From Hydrogenophaga sp. (lineage in GTDB: Bacteria > Pseudomonadota > Gammaproteobacteria > Burkholderiales > Burkholderiaceae_C), in contig NZ_JAHCKK010000015.1 of NCBI RefSeq assembly GCF_026125825.1, forward strand, positions 629-64,628: a stretch of DNA of 64,000 nucleotides, given 5' to 3'. This document shows, piece after piece, positions 51,780 to 63,772 of this stretch. Position numbers and translations under genes: made by a program. Position 1 is the first letter of the stretch; each line of letters starts with the position of its first letter. The notes below the pieces were generated by a model. That model had not been told where the DNA came from, searched no databases, and saw nothing but the letters and a program-made list of their open reading frames with translations.

Positions 51780-52843
51780 CTCGACATGTCTCCAGACAAG
51801 GTGAGGGTGGGCTCTTCGCTGGCCGCCGTCACCGGATACCAGCGGGTCGCGGCTGGCGTTTCTTCATGGCGCACATGGCCGGCACGCTGCAGCCACAGCA
51901 GGTGCGCCAGGGTTTCGCCCATGGCCAGGTAAGCATGCAGCGGGTCGCTCTGCGCGCCATAAACGGCGTAGCCGAGTTCGGTGGCATTCATGCCCCCCTC
52001 GCCCAGACGCGCCAAGAACTTGCGCAGTGCCCTCTGGTGGTGCGCCACCAGTCCATGCGCGCGCTCGACCCCGGCGTGGTAGACGCCGTGGTGGGCTGGC
52101 AAGACGTACTCGATGTCCAGTCCCGCAATGGTGCGCAGGCTATCCAGGTAACGTGGCAGCGGATCGGTTTCGCCATAGGGCCAGACACCAATGTTGGGTG
52201 TGATGCGCTCGAGCAACTGGTCGCCCGTGAGCAGCAATTTCAGCTTGGGCTCGTACAAGCAGATTTGGGCAATGCTGTGTCCACCAAGCACCAGCACGTC
52301 GAAAGCATGATCGCCGATGTGCAAGGTCTGGCCGGCTTCGAGCGGCTCGACGCGAGTCGGCACGGCACAGGCCATATTGCTTTGCAACACCCCGCCCACC
52401 ACCTGATGCGCATCTTCCGGCGCCACCCCATGGCGGCACATGAAGTCGATACAGTAAGCGCGGTCATCGATGCTGACCACGTGCGTCTGCCGCGCCACCG
52501 CCACCTCCTCCTCGCGCATCAGGATCGGAGCCCCGGTGCGCTCGTGCAGCCACACCGCCAGCCCGAGGTGGTCGGGGTGGTGGTGCGAGACGATGATGCG
52601 CGTCAAGCCAGCCGCCAGCGGGCCTTCCAATGCGCGCAGCCACAAGGCCCGCGCCGCCTCGCAATCGGCACCCGTGTCGAATAGGCACCAACCCTCGCTG
52701 TCGCGAATCAGGTAGATGTTGACGTGGTCGATGCCATAGTCCACCGGCAGCGTGAACATCAGGATGCCGGGCAGGACCTCCTTCAGAGGCAGCTCGACCA
52801 ACCCGTCAATGACTGAAGTAGCTCGAGAGGTGCTCATGTTCAC
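51776..52843 (-). CDS. MBL-fold metallo-hydrolase
   Basis: 355 aa. Has the HHHPDH metal motif. Starts at GTG 52843 (overlap) or ATG 52837. Confidence 0.85.
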   Translation of the reverse strand: MNMSTSRATSVIDGLVELPLKEVLPGILMFTLPVDYGIDHVNIYLIRDSEGWCLFDTGADCEAARALWLRALEGPLAAGLTRIIVSHHHPDHLGLAVWLHERTGAPILMREEEVAVARQTHVVSIDDRAYCIDFMCRHGVAPEDAHQVVGGVLQSNMACAVPTRVEPLEAGQTLHIGDHAFDVLVLGGHSIAQICLYEPKLKLLLTGDQLLERITPNIGVWPYGETDPLPRYLDSLRTIAGLDIEYVLPAHHGVYHAGVERAHGLVAHHQRALRKFLARLGEGGMNATELGYAVYGAQSDPLHAYLAMGETLAHLLWLQRAGHVRHEETPAATRWYPVTAASEEPTLTLSGDMSR

Positions 52844-53981
52844 AACCGTTTCGCCACTTCTTCGAGCATGACCTCGGTGGCACCGCCACCGATAGCTTGG
52901 ACGCGTGCGTCGCGCACCATACGCTCGATCGCGGCCTCGCGCATGTAGCCGAAGCCGCCGTGGAACTGCTGGCAGTCATAGACCACATCGTTGACCAGCT
53001 CGCCGCACAGCGCCTTGACCATCGACACCTCCTTGACGCAGTCGCGCCCCTGCGCGTCCAGCCAGGCCGCGTGGTAAACCAACTGGCGGGCCGCCGCCAC
53101 CTGCGCTGCCCGCATGGCCATGCGCTGGCGAATCGCCTGCTTGTCCCACAGCGTGGCGCCGAAGGCCTTGCGCTCGCGCACATAGGCCAGCGTCAGCTCG
53201 ATCGCGCGTGCGGCCTCGCCCATCACCTGCGCACCTAGCACCATGCGCTCGTTCTGGAAGTTGCGCATGATCTGGTAGAAGCCCTTGTTCTCTTCGCCCA
53301 GCAGGTTGGCGGACGGCACGCGGCAGTCCTCGAACACCAGCTCGGCGGTGTCGCTGCACAGCCAGCCGCTCTTGTTGAGCGCACGCCCGACCCGAAAACC
53401 CGGGGTGCCCTTCTCGACGATGAAGATCGAGATACCGCGCGAACCCTTGGCGCTCGGATCGGTCTTGGCGGCGACAAAGTACACGTCGCCATGCACGCCG
53501 TTGGTGATGAACATCTTGCTTCCGTTGATGACCCAGTGCTCACCGTCGCGCACCGCGCGTGTGCGGATGCCGGCCACGTCGGAGCCGGCATCGGGCTCGG
53601 TGACCGCCACAGCGCAGATCTTCTCGCCACCGATGATGGGCGGCAGGTAGCGTGCGAGCTGCTCTGGCGTGCCAAAGTTGGCCAGGTGCGGCGAGGCCAT
53701 GTCGGTGTGCACCATCACCGTCACGGCGAAGCCGCCGTAAGTGGAACGGCCGAGTTCTTCGGCCAGGATGGCGCTGTACACGGTGTCGAGTTTCGAGCCG
53801 CCGTACTTTTCGTCGTAGCGTATGCCCAGATAGCCCAGTTCGCCCATCTTGCGCAGCAGCGCGCGCGGCACCATGCCCTGATCTTCCCAGAGCGCGGCGT
53901 GCGGCACTACTTCCTGCTCGACAAAGCGGCGCAGGTTGTCCCGGAACTGCCGGTGTTGCTCGTCAAAATAAATCGGCTCGT

Positions 53982-53985
<4 letters not shown>
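52840..53985 (-). CDS. acyl-CoA dehydrogenase (isovaleryl/citronellyl-CoA-DH-like position)
   Basis: 381 aa. Has VTEPDAGSD, FITNG and C-terminal GGGATEVMLEEVAKRL. ATGA overlap with the carboxylase alpha gene. Confidence 0.9.
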
Positions 53986-56006
<2,021 letters not shown>

Positions 56007-56031
56007 CAGTCGCACGCCTTCATGCCAACAC

Positions 56032-56829
56032 TCAGACCTGCCGCCACACCGGCAGCCGCTTGCCAAAAAAGGCTGCAATGCCGTCGCGCCCTTCTTCGGT
56101 TTCCCAGGCGTCGGCCAGCTTGTCAGCGGTGTAGATCATGTTGGTGGGCAGATCGTGCGCCTGCACATAGGCCACCAGCTTCTTGGTGGCCGCCACCGCG
56201 CCGGGCGCGCACTGCAGCAGGTCGGCGAGTTCGCGTTCAATGGCCGCGTCGAGCTGATCGGCCGCCACCACTTCTGAGAGCAGGCCCAGGCGCTGCGCCT
56301 CTGCCGCGCTCATGCGGCGCGCCGTCAGAAAGGTGCGCCGGGCGTTGGCTTCACCCATGCGCGCCACAACGTAGGGCGCGATGTTGGCCGGCAGCAGGCC
56401 CAGGCGCACCTCGGTCAGCGAGTAGATGCCGGTATCGACCGCGATCGTGATGTCACAGACAGAGATCATGCCGACGCCGCCGCCATACGCGGGGCCATTG
56501 ATGCGGCCAATGACGGGCATAGGCAGCTCGTTCAGGGCGCGCAGCATGAGCGCCAGATCGCCGCTTTCGCCCACGCGCTCGGTCCGGCTCTTTTTCATGT
56601 TGTCCTGCATCCAGCCCAGGTCACCACCGGCGCAAAAGGTCTTGCCGGTGCCGGTGAGCACCACCGCGCGCACGCCCGGCGCTACGGCCAGCCAATCGAC
56701 GGCACGGCGCAACTCGCTGATCAGGGTGGCGTTGAGCGCGTTATGAGTGTCGGGGCGGTTGAGCGTGAGGCGGGCCACGCCGCGCGCGTCGACGACCAGT
56801 TGCAGGGTCTCGTAGGTGGGGGTGTTCAT
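56032..56829 (-). CDS. enoyl-CoA hydratase (methylglutaconyl/isohexenylglutaconyl-CoA hydratase-like position)
   Basis: 265 aa from ATG 56829. Has LTLNRPDTHNAL and FCAGGDL. Confidence 0.88.
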   Translation of the reverse strand: MNTPTYETLQLVVDARGVARLTLNRPDTHNALNATLISELRRAVDWLAVAPGVRAVVLTGTGKTFCAGGDLGWMQDNMKKSRTERVGESGDLALMLRALNELPMPVIGRINGPAYGGGVGMISVCDITIAVDTGIYSLTEVRLGLLPANIAPYVVARMGEANARRTFLTARRMSAAEAQRLGLLSEVVAADQLDAAIERELADLLQCAPGAVAATKKLVAYVQAHDLPTNMIYTADKLADAWETEEGRDGIAAFFGKRLPVWRQV

Positions 56830-56839
56830 AGAGGTTCTC

Positions 56840-58435
56840 TTACATGCGGTAAACAGGGGTTGCCGTACTCGGCAACGCACGGCGCGCCGCCAGCGCCAGC
56901 GCCAGGCCCAGCACGTCGCGCGAGGCCGAGGGTTCGATCAGACCGTCGTCCCACAGCCGGGAGGTGGCGTAATAGGGATCGCTCTGGCGCGCGTACTGCT
57001 CGCGTACCTTGCGTTCGATATCCAGCAGCCGCGCCTCATCAGCCGGGCCGCGCAGGTTAGAGCGCGCCAGCTCGACCATCACGTTGCTGGCAATGTCGGC
57101 GCTCATCGTGGCAACTCTGGCACTGGGCCAGGCGAACAGGAATTCGGGCTCAAAGCCGCGGCCGCACATGCCGTAGTTGCCGGCGCCATAAGAGCCGCCA
57201 ACCACCAACGTGAGCTTGGGCACGCGCGCGCAAGCCATGGCATACACCATCTTGGCGCTGTGCTTGGCAATACCGCCACGCTCGGCCTCGGTGCCAACCA
57301 TGAAGCCGGGGATGTTCTGCAAAAACAGCAGCGGTACTCCGCGCTGGTTGGCCAGTTCGATGAAATGCGCGCCCTTCAGGGCCGACTCGGACAGCAGCGC
57401 GCCGTTGTTGGCGAGGATGGCGACCGGCTGGCCGTGGATCGCGCCAAAGCCGGTCACCAGCGTATCTCCCCACAACGGTTTGAACTCGTGGAAAGCGCTG
57501 CCGTCGAGCAGCCGCGCAATGATTTCGCGCGCGTCGTAGGGCTGTTTGGGGTCGACCGGTACGACGCCATCGAGCTCAACCGGGTCGTAACGTGGTGCGC
57601 TGGGCGGCAGCGGCGGCACCATGGGCGGCTCGGGCGGCAGGCTGGCGACGATCTGACGCAGCATGGCCAGCGCCTGATGCTCGTCCTCGGCCAGGTGGTC
57701 GCTGACACCGGAGACACGGCTGTGCATCTCCGCGCCGCCCAGGGTTTCGCCGTCTACCACTTCGTTGATCGCGATCTTGACGATGGACGGGCCACCCAGA
57801 TGAATGCGTGCGTTACCGCGCACCATCACCACTTCGTCCGACAGCGCGGGAATGTAGGCGCCGCCCGCGGTGCAACCGCCGAACACGGCCGAGAGCTGCG
57901 GCAGGCCAGCCTGCGACATGCGGCACTGGCGGTGGAAGCTGTTGCCGAAGTGGTCCTTGTCGGGAAACACGCGGTCCTGCTCCGGCAAAAAGGCGCCGCC
58001 GCAATCCACCAGGTACAGGCAAGGCAGGCGCAGGCGCTGGGCAATCTCCTGCGCCCGTATGTGTTTTTTAACGGTTTCATGGAAGAACGAGCCGCCCTTG
58101 ACGGTGGCATCGTTGGCAATGAACATGCAGGGCCGCCCGGCCACCATCCCGACGCCGGTGACGATGCCCGCACCCGGCACCTCGTTGCCATACTGATCCC
58201 AGGCCGCCAGCGGCGAGAGTTCCAGGAAGGCGCTACCGTCATCGACGATGAAGTCGATGCGCTCGCGCACCAGCAGCTTGCCGCGCTCGCGGTGGCGCTG
58301 GATGTGCGCGTCGCGCCCGCCGGTGGCCACCTCGGCCAGGCGTGCGCGCAGAAGAGCGATCTGGCCCGCGTGGTGTGCAAGGTTGTCGCGGAAGCTCGGA
58401 CCTTGCACATCGACCAGCGTTTGAATCACGGACAT
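56840..58435 (-). CDS. acyl-CoA carboxylase carboxyltransferase beta subunit (MCC/GCC type), set 2
   Basis: 531 aa. Typical GKLLVRERIDFIVDDGSAFLELS and IANDATVKGGS blocks. Confidence 0.9.
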   Translation of the reverse strand: MSVIQTLVDVQGPSFRDNLAHHAGQIALLRARLAEVATGGRDAHIQRHRERGKLLVRERIDFIVDDGSAFLELSPLAAWDQYGNEVPGAGIVTGVGMVAGRPCMFIANDATVKGGSFFHETVKKHIRAQEIAQRLRLPCLYLVDCGGAFLPEQDRVFPDKDHFGNSFHRQCRMSQAGLPQLSAVFGGCTAGGAYIPALSDEVVMVRGNARIHLGGPSIVKIAINEVVDGETLGGAEMHSRVSGVSDHLAEDEHQALAMLRQIVASLPPEPPMVPPLPPSAPRYDPVELDGVVPVDPKQPYDAREIIARLLDGSAFHEFKPLWGDTLVTGFGAIHGQPVAILANNGALLSESALKGAHFIELANQRGVPLLFLQNIPGFMVGTEAERGGIAKHSAKMVYAMACARVPKLTLVVGGSYGAGNYGMCGRGFEPEFLFAWPSARVATMSADIASNVMVELARSNLRGPADEARLLDIERKVREQYARQSDPYYATSRLWDDGLIEPSASRDVLGLALALAARRALPSTATPVYRM

Positions 58436-58459
58436 CCTGTTTCGTCCTTTGAAGCGCGG

Positions 58460-59069
58460 TCAGACCGCGGCGTAGCCACCATCGACCACCAACTCGGCAC
58501 CCATGACGGTGGACGACTCATCGGAGGCCCCGGAACAGCACCACCGCCGACACTTCCTGATGCTGCACCGCCCGCCCAATTGGAGTGGTGCCGAGCAGCG
58601 ATTTGTGATCGGCCGGATCGCTCAACAAGTCCTTGGTCATCGGCGTCTCGATGGCGCCAAGGTGAACCGAATTGACACGAATATTGAAAGGGGCGAGATA
58701 GGGCGCGCTGGCCATACTGAACAGCCGTACCTCGCCCTTGGAAGCCCCATAGGCACAGGGTGCGCCTAACGGCCGTAGATAGACAGGATGTTGATGATCG
58801 AGCCACCACCTGCCTGCTTCATCGTCGGCACCCCCGTCCGCGTGCCGAAAAAGGGGTAGCGCACGTTGACGTTGAACATGCGGTCCCACTCCGCCGCGCT
58901 GGCGAACGCCCGCCGCGACGGTTTCGCCAATCCCGGCGTTCATGTCCGCGACAGGCAGCTCGCAGTGGACCTGGCCCATGCCCATCGCACTGCCCGTCAC
59001 AAGAATGACCTTGTCCTGTACTCGACCAATGACCTTCTCCTTGTCATGTGATTCAGCGCACCGCCCCAC
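58460..59069 (-). pseudogene. decayed SDR gene (multiple frameshifts, in-frame stop, internal deletion)
   Basis: Pieces of one SDR lie in three frames: DKVILVTGSAMGMG; then EWDRMFNVNV...GGGSIINILSIYGR*; then YGASKGEVRL...NIRVNSVHLGAIETPM; then ASDESSTVMGAELVVDGGYAAV*. The segment between the Gly motif and EWDR is far too short. Confidence 0.75.
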
Positions 59070-60042
59070 AAATCTCTTGCATTCGCTGGCCGGCGCGAAA
59101 TCCCTTGAGCGAGCCGCTGTGCATCACATGGCCCGACAGGGTGCGGCCGATGACGCGTTCGGCCAGAAGGGACGCCTCGATCAGCGCCTCTAAATCGATG
59201 CCGGTCTCGATGCCCAGTTCCTGGCACATGAACACCATGTCTTCGGTGCAGATATTGCCGGCCGCGCCACCGTGCGTGTGACCCGCGAACGGACAGCCGC
59301 CCAGACCGGCGACCGAACTGTCGAACAGCCGCACGCCCATTTGCAAGGCGGCATAAACGTTGGCACCGCCGACGCCGCGCGTGTCGTGCAGGTGCAGGCC
59401 GATCTGAGCCTCCGGCACGATCGCGCGCACCGCGCCGACGCGGCGCTTGATCTCCTCGGGATTTGCCCAGCCCATGGTGTCGGCCAAGTAGACCGCCGGC
59501 AGCGGCACACGCCGGTCGGCGCAGGCATCGACCAGCCAGCGGACCTGATCGGTGAGGACCGACAGCGGCACGGCGCCACCGAGATTGCAGCCAAAGGCCG
59601 TGATCACGTAGGCCTTTTCCACCGGAATGCCCAGGGCGATGTAGCGGTCCAGCCAGCCGAGCTGGCGTTCACGCATCTCGGCCACGCTGCAATTGTTGTT
59701 GCGCTGCGAAAACGGCTCGGTTGTGTAGAACATCAGCTTGCCGTCCAGATCCACCTGTTCACAGGCGCGCGCCCGCTCGAAGCCGTTGTCGTTGAGCCAA
59801 AGCGCCGTGTAGCGGGTACCAGGGCGCTTGATGATGGCGGCGAACAATTCGGACGTGTCGGCCATCTGCGGCACCGCGCGCGCACTGACAAAGGACGCAA
59901 CCTGGATCTGCCTCAGACCCGAGAGGCTCAAGGCATCAATCAGCGCGGCGCGGTCCGCCAGCGGATAGGTTTTTGGCTCCATCTGGAAGCCCTCGCGCGG
60001 TCCCTCCTCATGGAACTCGACGGAGGTAGGCAAGTTGCTCAT
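59053..60042 (-). CDS. HMG-CoA-lyase-family (HMGL-like) protein
   Basis: 329 aa. TIM-barrel lyase pattern EEGPREGFQ and GLGGCPFAG...AAGNICTEDMVFM. Confidence 0.85.
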   Translation of the reverse strand: MSNLPTSVEFHEEGPREGFQMEPKTYPLADRAALIDALSLSGLRQIQVASFVSARAVPQMADTSELFAAIIKRPGTRYTALWLNDNGFERARACEQVDLDGKLMFYTTEPFSQRNNNCSVAEMRERQLGWLDRYIALGIPVEKAYVITAFGCNLGGAVPLSVLTDQVRWLVDACADRRVPLPAVYLADTMGWANPEEIKRRVGAVRAIVPEAQIGLHLHDTRGVGGANVYAALQMGVRLFDSSVAGLGGCPFAGHTHGGAAGNICTEDMVFMCQELGIETGIDLEALIEASLLAERVIGRTLSGHVMHSGSLKGFRAGQRMQEICGAVR

Positions 60043-60060
60043 CGCTTGTACCTCCTTCGA

Positions 60061-62058
60061 TCAAGCCGGGCTGACTTCGGCCAGCACTTGGTGGCGCTCA
60101 ACCATGTCGCCGACCCGGCAGCGCAGGCTGCTCAGGCTGCCTTCGAATGGCGCCATGACGTGCAGCTCCATCTTCATCGATTCGAGCACGATCACGGTCT
60201 GGCCGATGGAAACCTTCTCACCGACCGCCGACTTGACCGCCACCACCTTGCCCATCATTGGCGCGCCCAATTGACCGCTGGCGGCAGCGTCACCGGCGCC
60301 CCCCCCCAGATAGGGTCGTGCCGTGAACAAGCTGCTGCCCAACGCGCTGGCGAGCTCGGCCTGCCACGCGTCGCCCCGGATCGTCAGTTCCAGCGCCCGC
60401 CCACCACATTGCAGCAGGAAGCGTCCGCCCGCGAGCGGCTGCAGCGTAGCGCGCACCTTTTGCTCGCCAATGACCAGCGCACTGCTGCCCTGGTCATCGC
60501 GCATCGAAAACCGCACGGGCCATTCCGCCGCGCCCGCCTTCAACACAAGGACCGGCTGGGGTGCGGCCTGAATCGGCCCACTGCTCAGGCGCCAGCCCGT
60601 GAAACCGTCCCAGAGGGTCCAGCAGCCCAGCGCGGACGACTCGGCACGCCGTTGCGCCAGCCAGTGCAGCGCGGCAGCAGCCAGATGCTCAAGAGGCGGC
60701 GCGGCGGGAGCCACCACGCCGCGCTGCGCGTGGCGCTCGTCGATCAGGCGGGTGTGAAATGTGGCATCGCGGGTCTCCGGCCATTCCAGCAGTTCATGCA
60801 AAAATTCCAGGTTGGTGACCAGGCCGATCACCGTGCTTTCGCGCAATCCGGCCACCAGCGCCCGGCGCGCCGACTCGCGGTCGGGCCCGTGCGCGATGAG
60901 CTTGGCGATCATCGAGTCGTAGTGCGGCGAGATTTCGTCGCCACTGTCTACCCCGGACTCGACGCGCACGCCCGCGCGCGAATAATCGACCACCTGCAAC
61001 CGCCCGGTAGCCGGCAAAAATCCCGCAGCGGCGTCTTCAGCGCACAGCCTGGCCTCGAAGGCGTGACCGGTGCACCGCACGTCGGCTTGCGCCAGCGGCA
61101 GGCTGTCCGTGTCGGCAATGCGCAGTTGCAGTTCGACCAGATCGAGGCCGGTGACTTCTTCGGTCACCGGGTGTTCGACCTGCAAGCGAGGATTGACCTC
61201 CAGGAAATAATATTCTTCACCCGTGACGACAAACTCAACCGTGCCCAGCCCGCGGTAATTCACGCCAGAGGCCAGCTTGACCGCATCGGCCAGGATAGCT
61301 TCACGCAGACGCGGGCTCAGACCGCTTGACGGCGCTTCTTCGATCACTTTTTGATGGCGTCGCTGCAAGGTGCACTCGCGCTCGAACAGGTGAATGGCGT
61401 GGCCCTGGCCGTCACCGGCCACCTGCACCTCCAGGTGGCGCACATGCGGCAGGTAGCGCTCGACGATCAGTTCGCCGTTGCCGAAGGCTTTTTCGGCCTC
61501 ACGCATGGCACTCTCGATGCGCGACTCCAGCCCCTCCAGCGTCTCGACCACCGCCATGCCACGGCCACCGCCACCAGCCACGGCCTTGAGCAGCACGGGC
61601 AGCTTCATACCGCGCACCAGATTCAACACCTCGGCTGGGTCGGTCATGCCGCTTTCGCTGCCGGGAATGACCGGCACGCCGAGACGGGCTGCCTCGCGCT
61701 TGGCACTGGCTTTGCCGCCGACGCGCTCGATGGTGTCGGCCCGGGGTCCAATGAAGGTCAAGCCAGCCGCATCCAGTGCGCGCACAAAGGCCGGATTTTC
61801 CGAGACAAAACCGTAGCCCGGATGAACGGCGTCGGCGCCCACACGCCGGGCCGCCGCGATGATGGCATCGATGTTCAGATAACTCTCGCTGGGCGCTGCA
61901 CCCCCGAGTTCGACCGATTCACCGATCTCACGCACATGGCGGGCAAACCGGTCGGCACTGGAGTGCACGGTGGCCACTTCCAGGCCGAGCTTGCGGCAGG
62001 TGCGGGCAATGCGGCAGGCGATCTCGCCGCGGTTGGCAATGAGGACTTTCTTAAGCAT
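60061..62058 (-). CDS. biotin-dependent acyl-CoA carboxylase alpha subunit (biotin carboxylase + BCCP), set 1
   Basis: ATG 62058 (MLKKVLIANRGEIACRI), preceded by AGGAG; the track start 62064 is TTG. C-terminal biotinylation motif is ESMKM. Confidence 0.9.
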   Translation of the reverse strand: MLKKVLIANRGEIACRIARTCRKLGLEVATVHSSADRFARHVREIGESVELGGAAPSESYLNIDAIIAAARRVGADAVHPGYGFVSENPAFVRALDAAGLTFIGPRADTIERVGGKASAKREAARLGVPVIPGSESGMTDPAEVLNLVRGMKLPVLLKAVAGGGGRGMAVVETLEGLESRIESAMREAEKAFGNGELIVERYLPHVRHLEVQVAGDGQGHAIHLFERECTLQRRHQKVIEEAPSSGLSPRLREAILADAVKLASGVNYRGLGTVEFVVTGEEYYFLEVNPRLQVEHPVTEEVTGLDLVELQLRIADTDSLPLAQADVRCTGHAFEARLCAEDAAAGFLPATGRLQVVDYSRAGVRVESGVDSGDEISPHYDSMIAKLIAHGPDRESARRALVAGLRESTVIGLVTNLEFLHELLEWPETRDATFHTRLIDERHAQRGVVAPAAPPLEHLAAAALHWLAQRRAESSALGCWTLWDGFTGWRLSSGPIQAAPQPVLVLKAGAAEWPVRFSMRDDQGSSALVIGEQKVRATLQPLAGGRFLLQCGGRALELTIRGDAWQAELASALGSSLFTARPYLGGGAGDAAASGQLGAPMMGKVVAVKSAVGEKVSIGQTVIVLESMKMELHVMAPFEGSLSSLRCRVGDMVERHQVLAEVSPA

Positions 62059-62124
62059 GCCCAACTCCTGCGGCGAAGTGGGTCATCAAGACGGTGTGGA
62101 TGCGTTGCATGGCTGGCGTCCTGG

Positions 62125-63732
62125 TTAAAAACGGAAGACACCGAACGGCGTCGGTTTGGCGGCAGTCCGGGATGCGAGGTCGAGCAGCAGTCCCATGGCG
62201 TCGCGTGTTTCCACCGGATCGATGATGCCGTCCACCCACAAATTCGAGGAGAAGTTCGCAGCAGGCTGGAAGTCTTCGTAAATCTTGCGTACCGGCGCCT
62301 TGAACGCCTCTTCTTCCTCGGGCGTCCACTCTTTTCCCTCGGTCTTGTTGATCTGTCTGCGCACCAGTGCCATCACCGTGGCGGCCTGATCCGGACCCAT
62401 GATGGCCGCGCGGCCGGTCGGCCAAGCAAACATCGCGGTCGGGTTGAACGGGCGGCCACACATCGCCAGGTAACCTGCACCGTAAGAGGCGCCCATGATG
62501 ATGGTGTACTTGGGCACGTTGGCCGAGGCCATCGCCGTGATCATCTTGGCCCCGGCTTTGGCAATGCCAGCCTGCTCGGCGGCGCGCCCGACCATGAAGC
62601 CGGTCACGTCGGCCATGAACAGCAGAGGGATGTCTCGCTGGCAGCACAGATCGATGAAGTGCGCCGCCTTCATCGCGCTTTCCGGGAACAGCACGCCCTG
62701 GTTGGCCAGGATGCCAACCTCGTGGCCATGGATGCGAGCAAAGCCGGTCAGCAGGGTGTCGCCGTACATCGGCTTGAATTCCTGGAACCGGCTGTCATCG
62801 ACGAAACGCGCCAGAATCTCGCGCGTGTCGGTCGGGATTTTGGTGTCGCGGCTGATGATGCCGTAAATCTCGCGCGGATCGAAGCGCGGAGGCACCGACG
62901 GCTGACGCGTCCAGCGTGGCTTGGGCTGCTCACCCAGGTCCCGTACGATTTCACGCGTGATGGCCAGCGCGTGGCGGTCATCTTCGGCAATATGATCAGT
63001 GACACCGCTGACGCTGCAGTGCATCTTGGCGCCGCCCAGCGACTCTGCATCCACCGTCTCGCCGGTGGCGGCAAAGGTCAACTCGGGGCCACCGAGGTAC
63101 ATATAGCCTTGTTCCTTGACAATCACCGCCTCGTCGCACAGCGCCGGGATGTAGGCGCCACCCGCCGTGCAAGGCCCCATCACCACGGCAATCTGCTGGA
63201 TACCCTCGGCCGACATGCGTACCTGGTTGTTGAAAATGCTGCCGAACTGCCCCACATCGGGAAAGATGTTGGCCATCTCAGGCAGGAAGGCGCCACCGCT
63301 GTCCACCAGCGTGATGCAGGGCAAGCGGTGTGCCCAGGCAATTTGCTGCGCCCGCACATGCTTCTTGCAGGTCATGCCGTAGTAGGTGCCACCCTTCACG
63401 GTGGCGTCGTTGGCAATGATCATGCACGGACGGCCCTGCACCAGACCGATGCCGGTGATGATGCTGGCACCCGGCGGCACGCCGTCGTACATGCCCTCGC
63501 CGGCAAGCATGCCGACCTCTAGGAAAGGCGAACCTGGATCGAGCAGCACTTCGACGCGATGGCGCGGCAGGATCTTGTTGCGCGCCAGGTGTTTTTCCCG
63601 CGCTTTCGGGGGGCCTCCGGCCAGCGCCAGTTGGCGACGGCTTTGCAGGTCCGCAATCACGGCCTGGTAGGCTTTTTGGTTGAGCCGAAATTCGTCGTCG
63701 GAAGTCGATATGCGGGAGGAAAGGATGGTCAT
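62125..63732 (-). CDS. acyl-CoA carboxylase carboxyltransferase beta subunit (MCC/GCC type), set 1
   Basis: 535 aa. Has NKILPRHRVEVLLDPGSPFLEV and IANDATVKGGT. Confidence 0.9.
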   Translation of the reverse strand: MTILSSRISTSDDEFRLNQKAYQAVIADLQSRRQLALAGGPPKAREKHLARNKILPRHRVEVLLDPGSPFLEVGMLAGEGMYDGVPPGASIITGIGLVQGRPCMIIANDATVKGGTYYGMTCKKHVRAQQIAWAHRLPCITLVDSGGAFLPEMANIFPDVGQFGSIFNNQVRMSAEGIQQIAVVMGPCTAGGAYIPALCDEAVIVKEQGYMYLGGPELTFAATGETVDAESLGGAKMHCSVSGVTDHIAEDDRHALAITREIVRDLGEQPKPRWTRQPSVPPRFDPREIYGIISRDTKIPTDTREILARFVDDSRFQEFKPMYGDTLLTGFARIHGHEVGILANQGVLFPESAMKAAHFIDLCCQRDIPLLFMADVTGFMVGRAAEQAGIAKAGAKMITAMASANVPKYTIIMGASYGAGYLAMCGRPFNPTAMFAWPTGRAAIMGPDQAATVMALVRRQINKTEGKEWTPEEEEAFKAPVRKIYEDFQPAANFSSNLWVDGIIDPVETRDAMGLLLDLASRTAAKPTPFGVFRF

Positions 63733-63772
63733 ATGTGATTGCGCCTATTCGCGAGACAAAGCATTCAGCCGC

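Noticed and set aside
59272-63522. Two long plus-strand ORFs (59272-61329 and 61351-63522)
   Set aside because: They are antisense shadows of the HMGL-like, carboxylase alpha and CT-beta genes, whose own translations carry clear family signatures.
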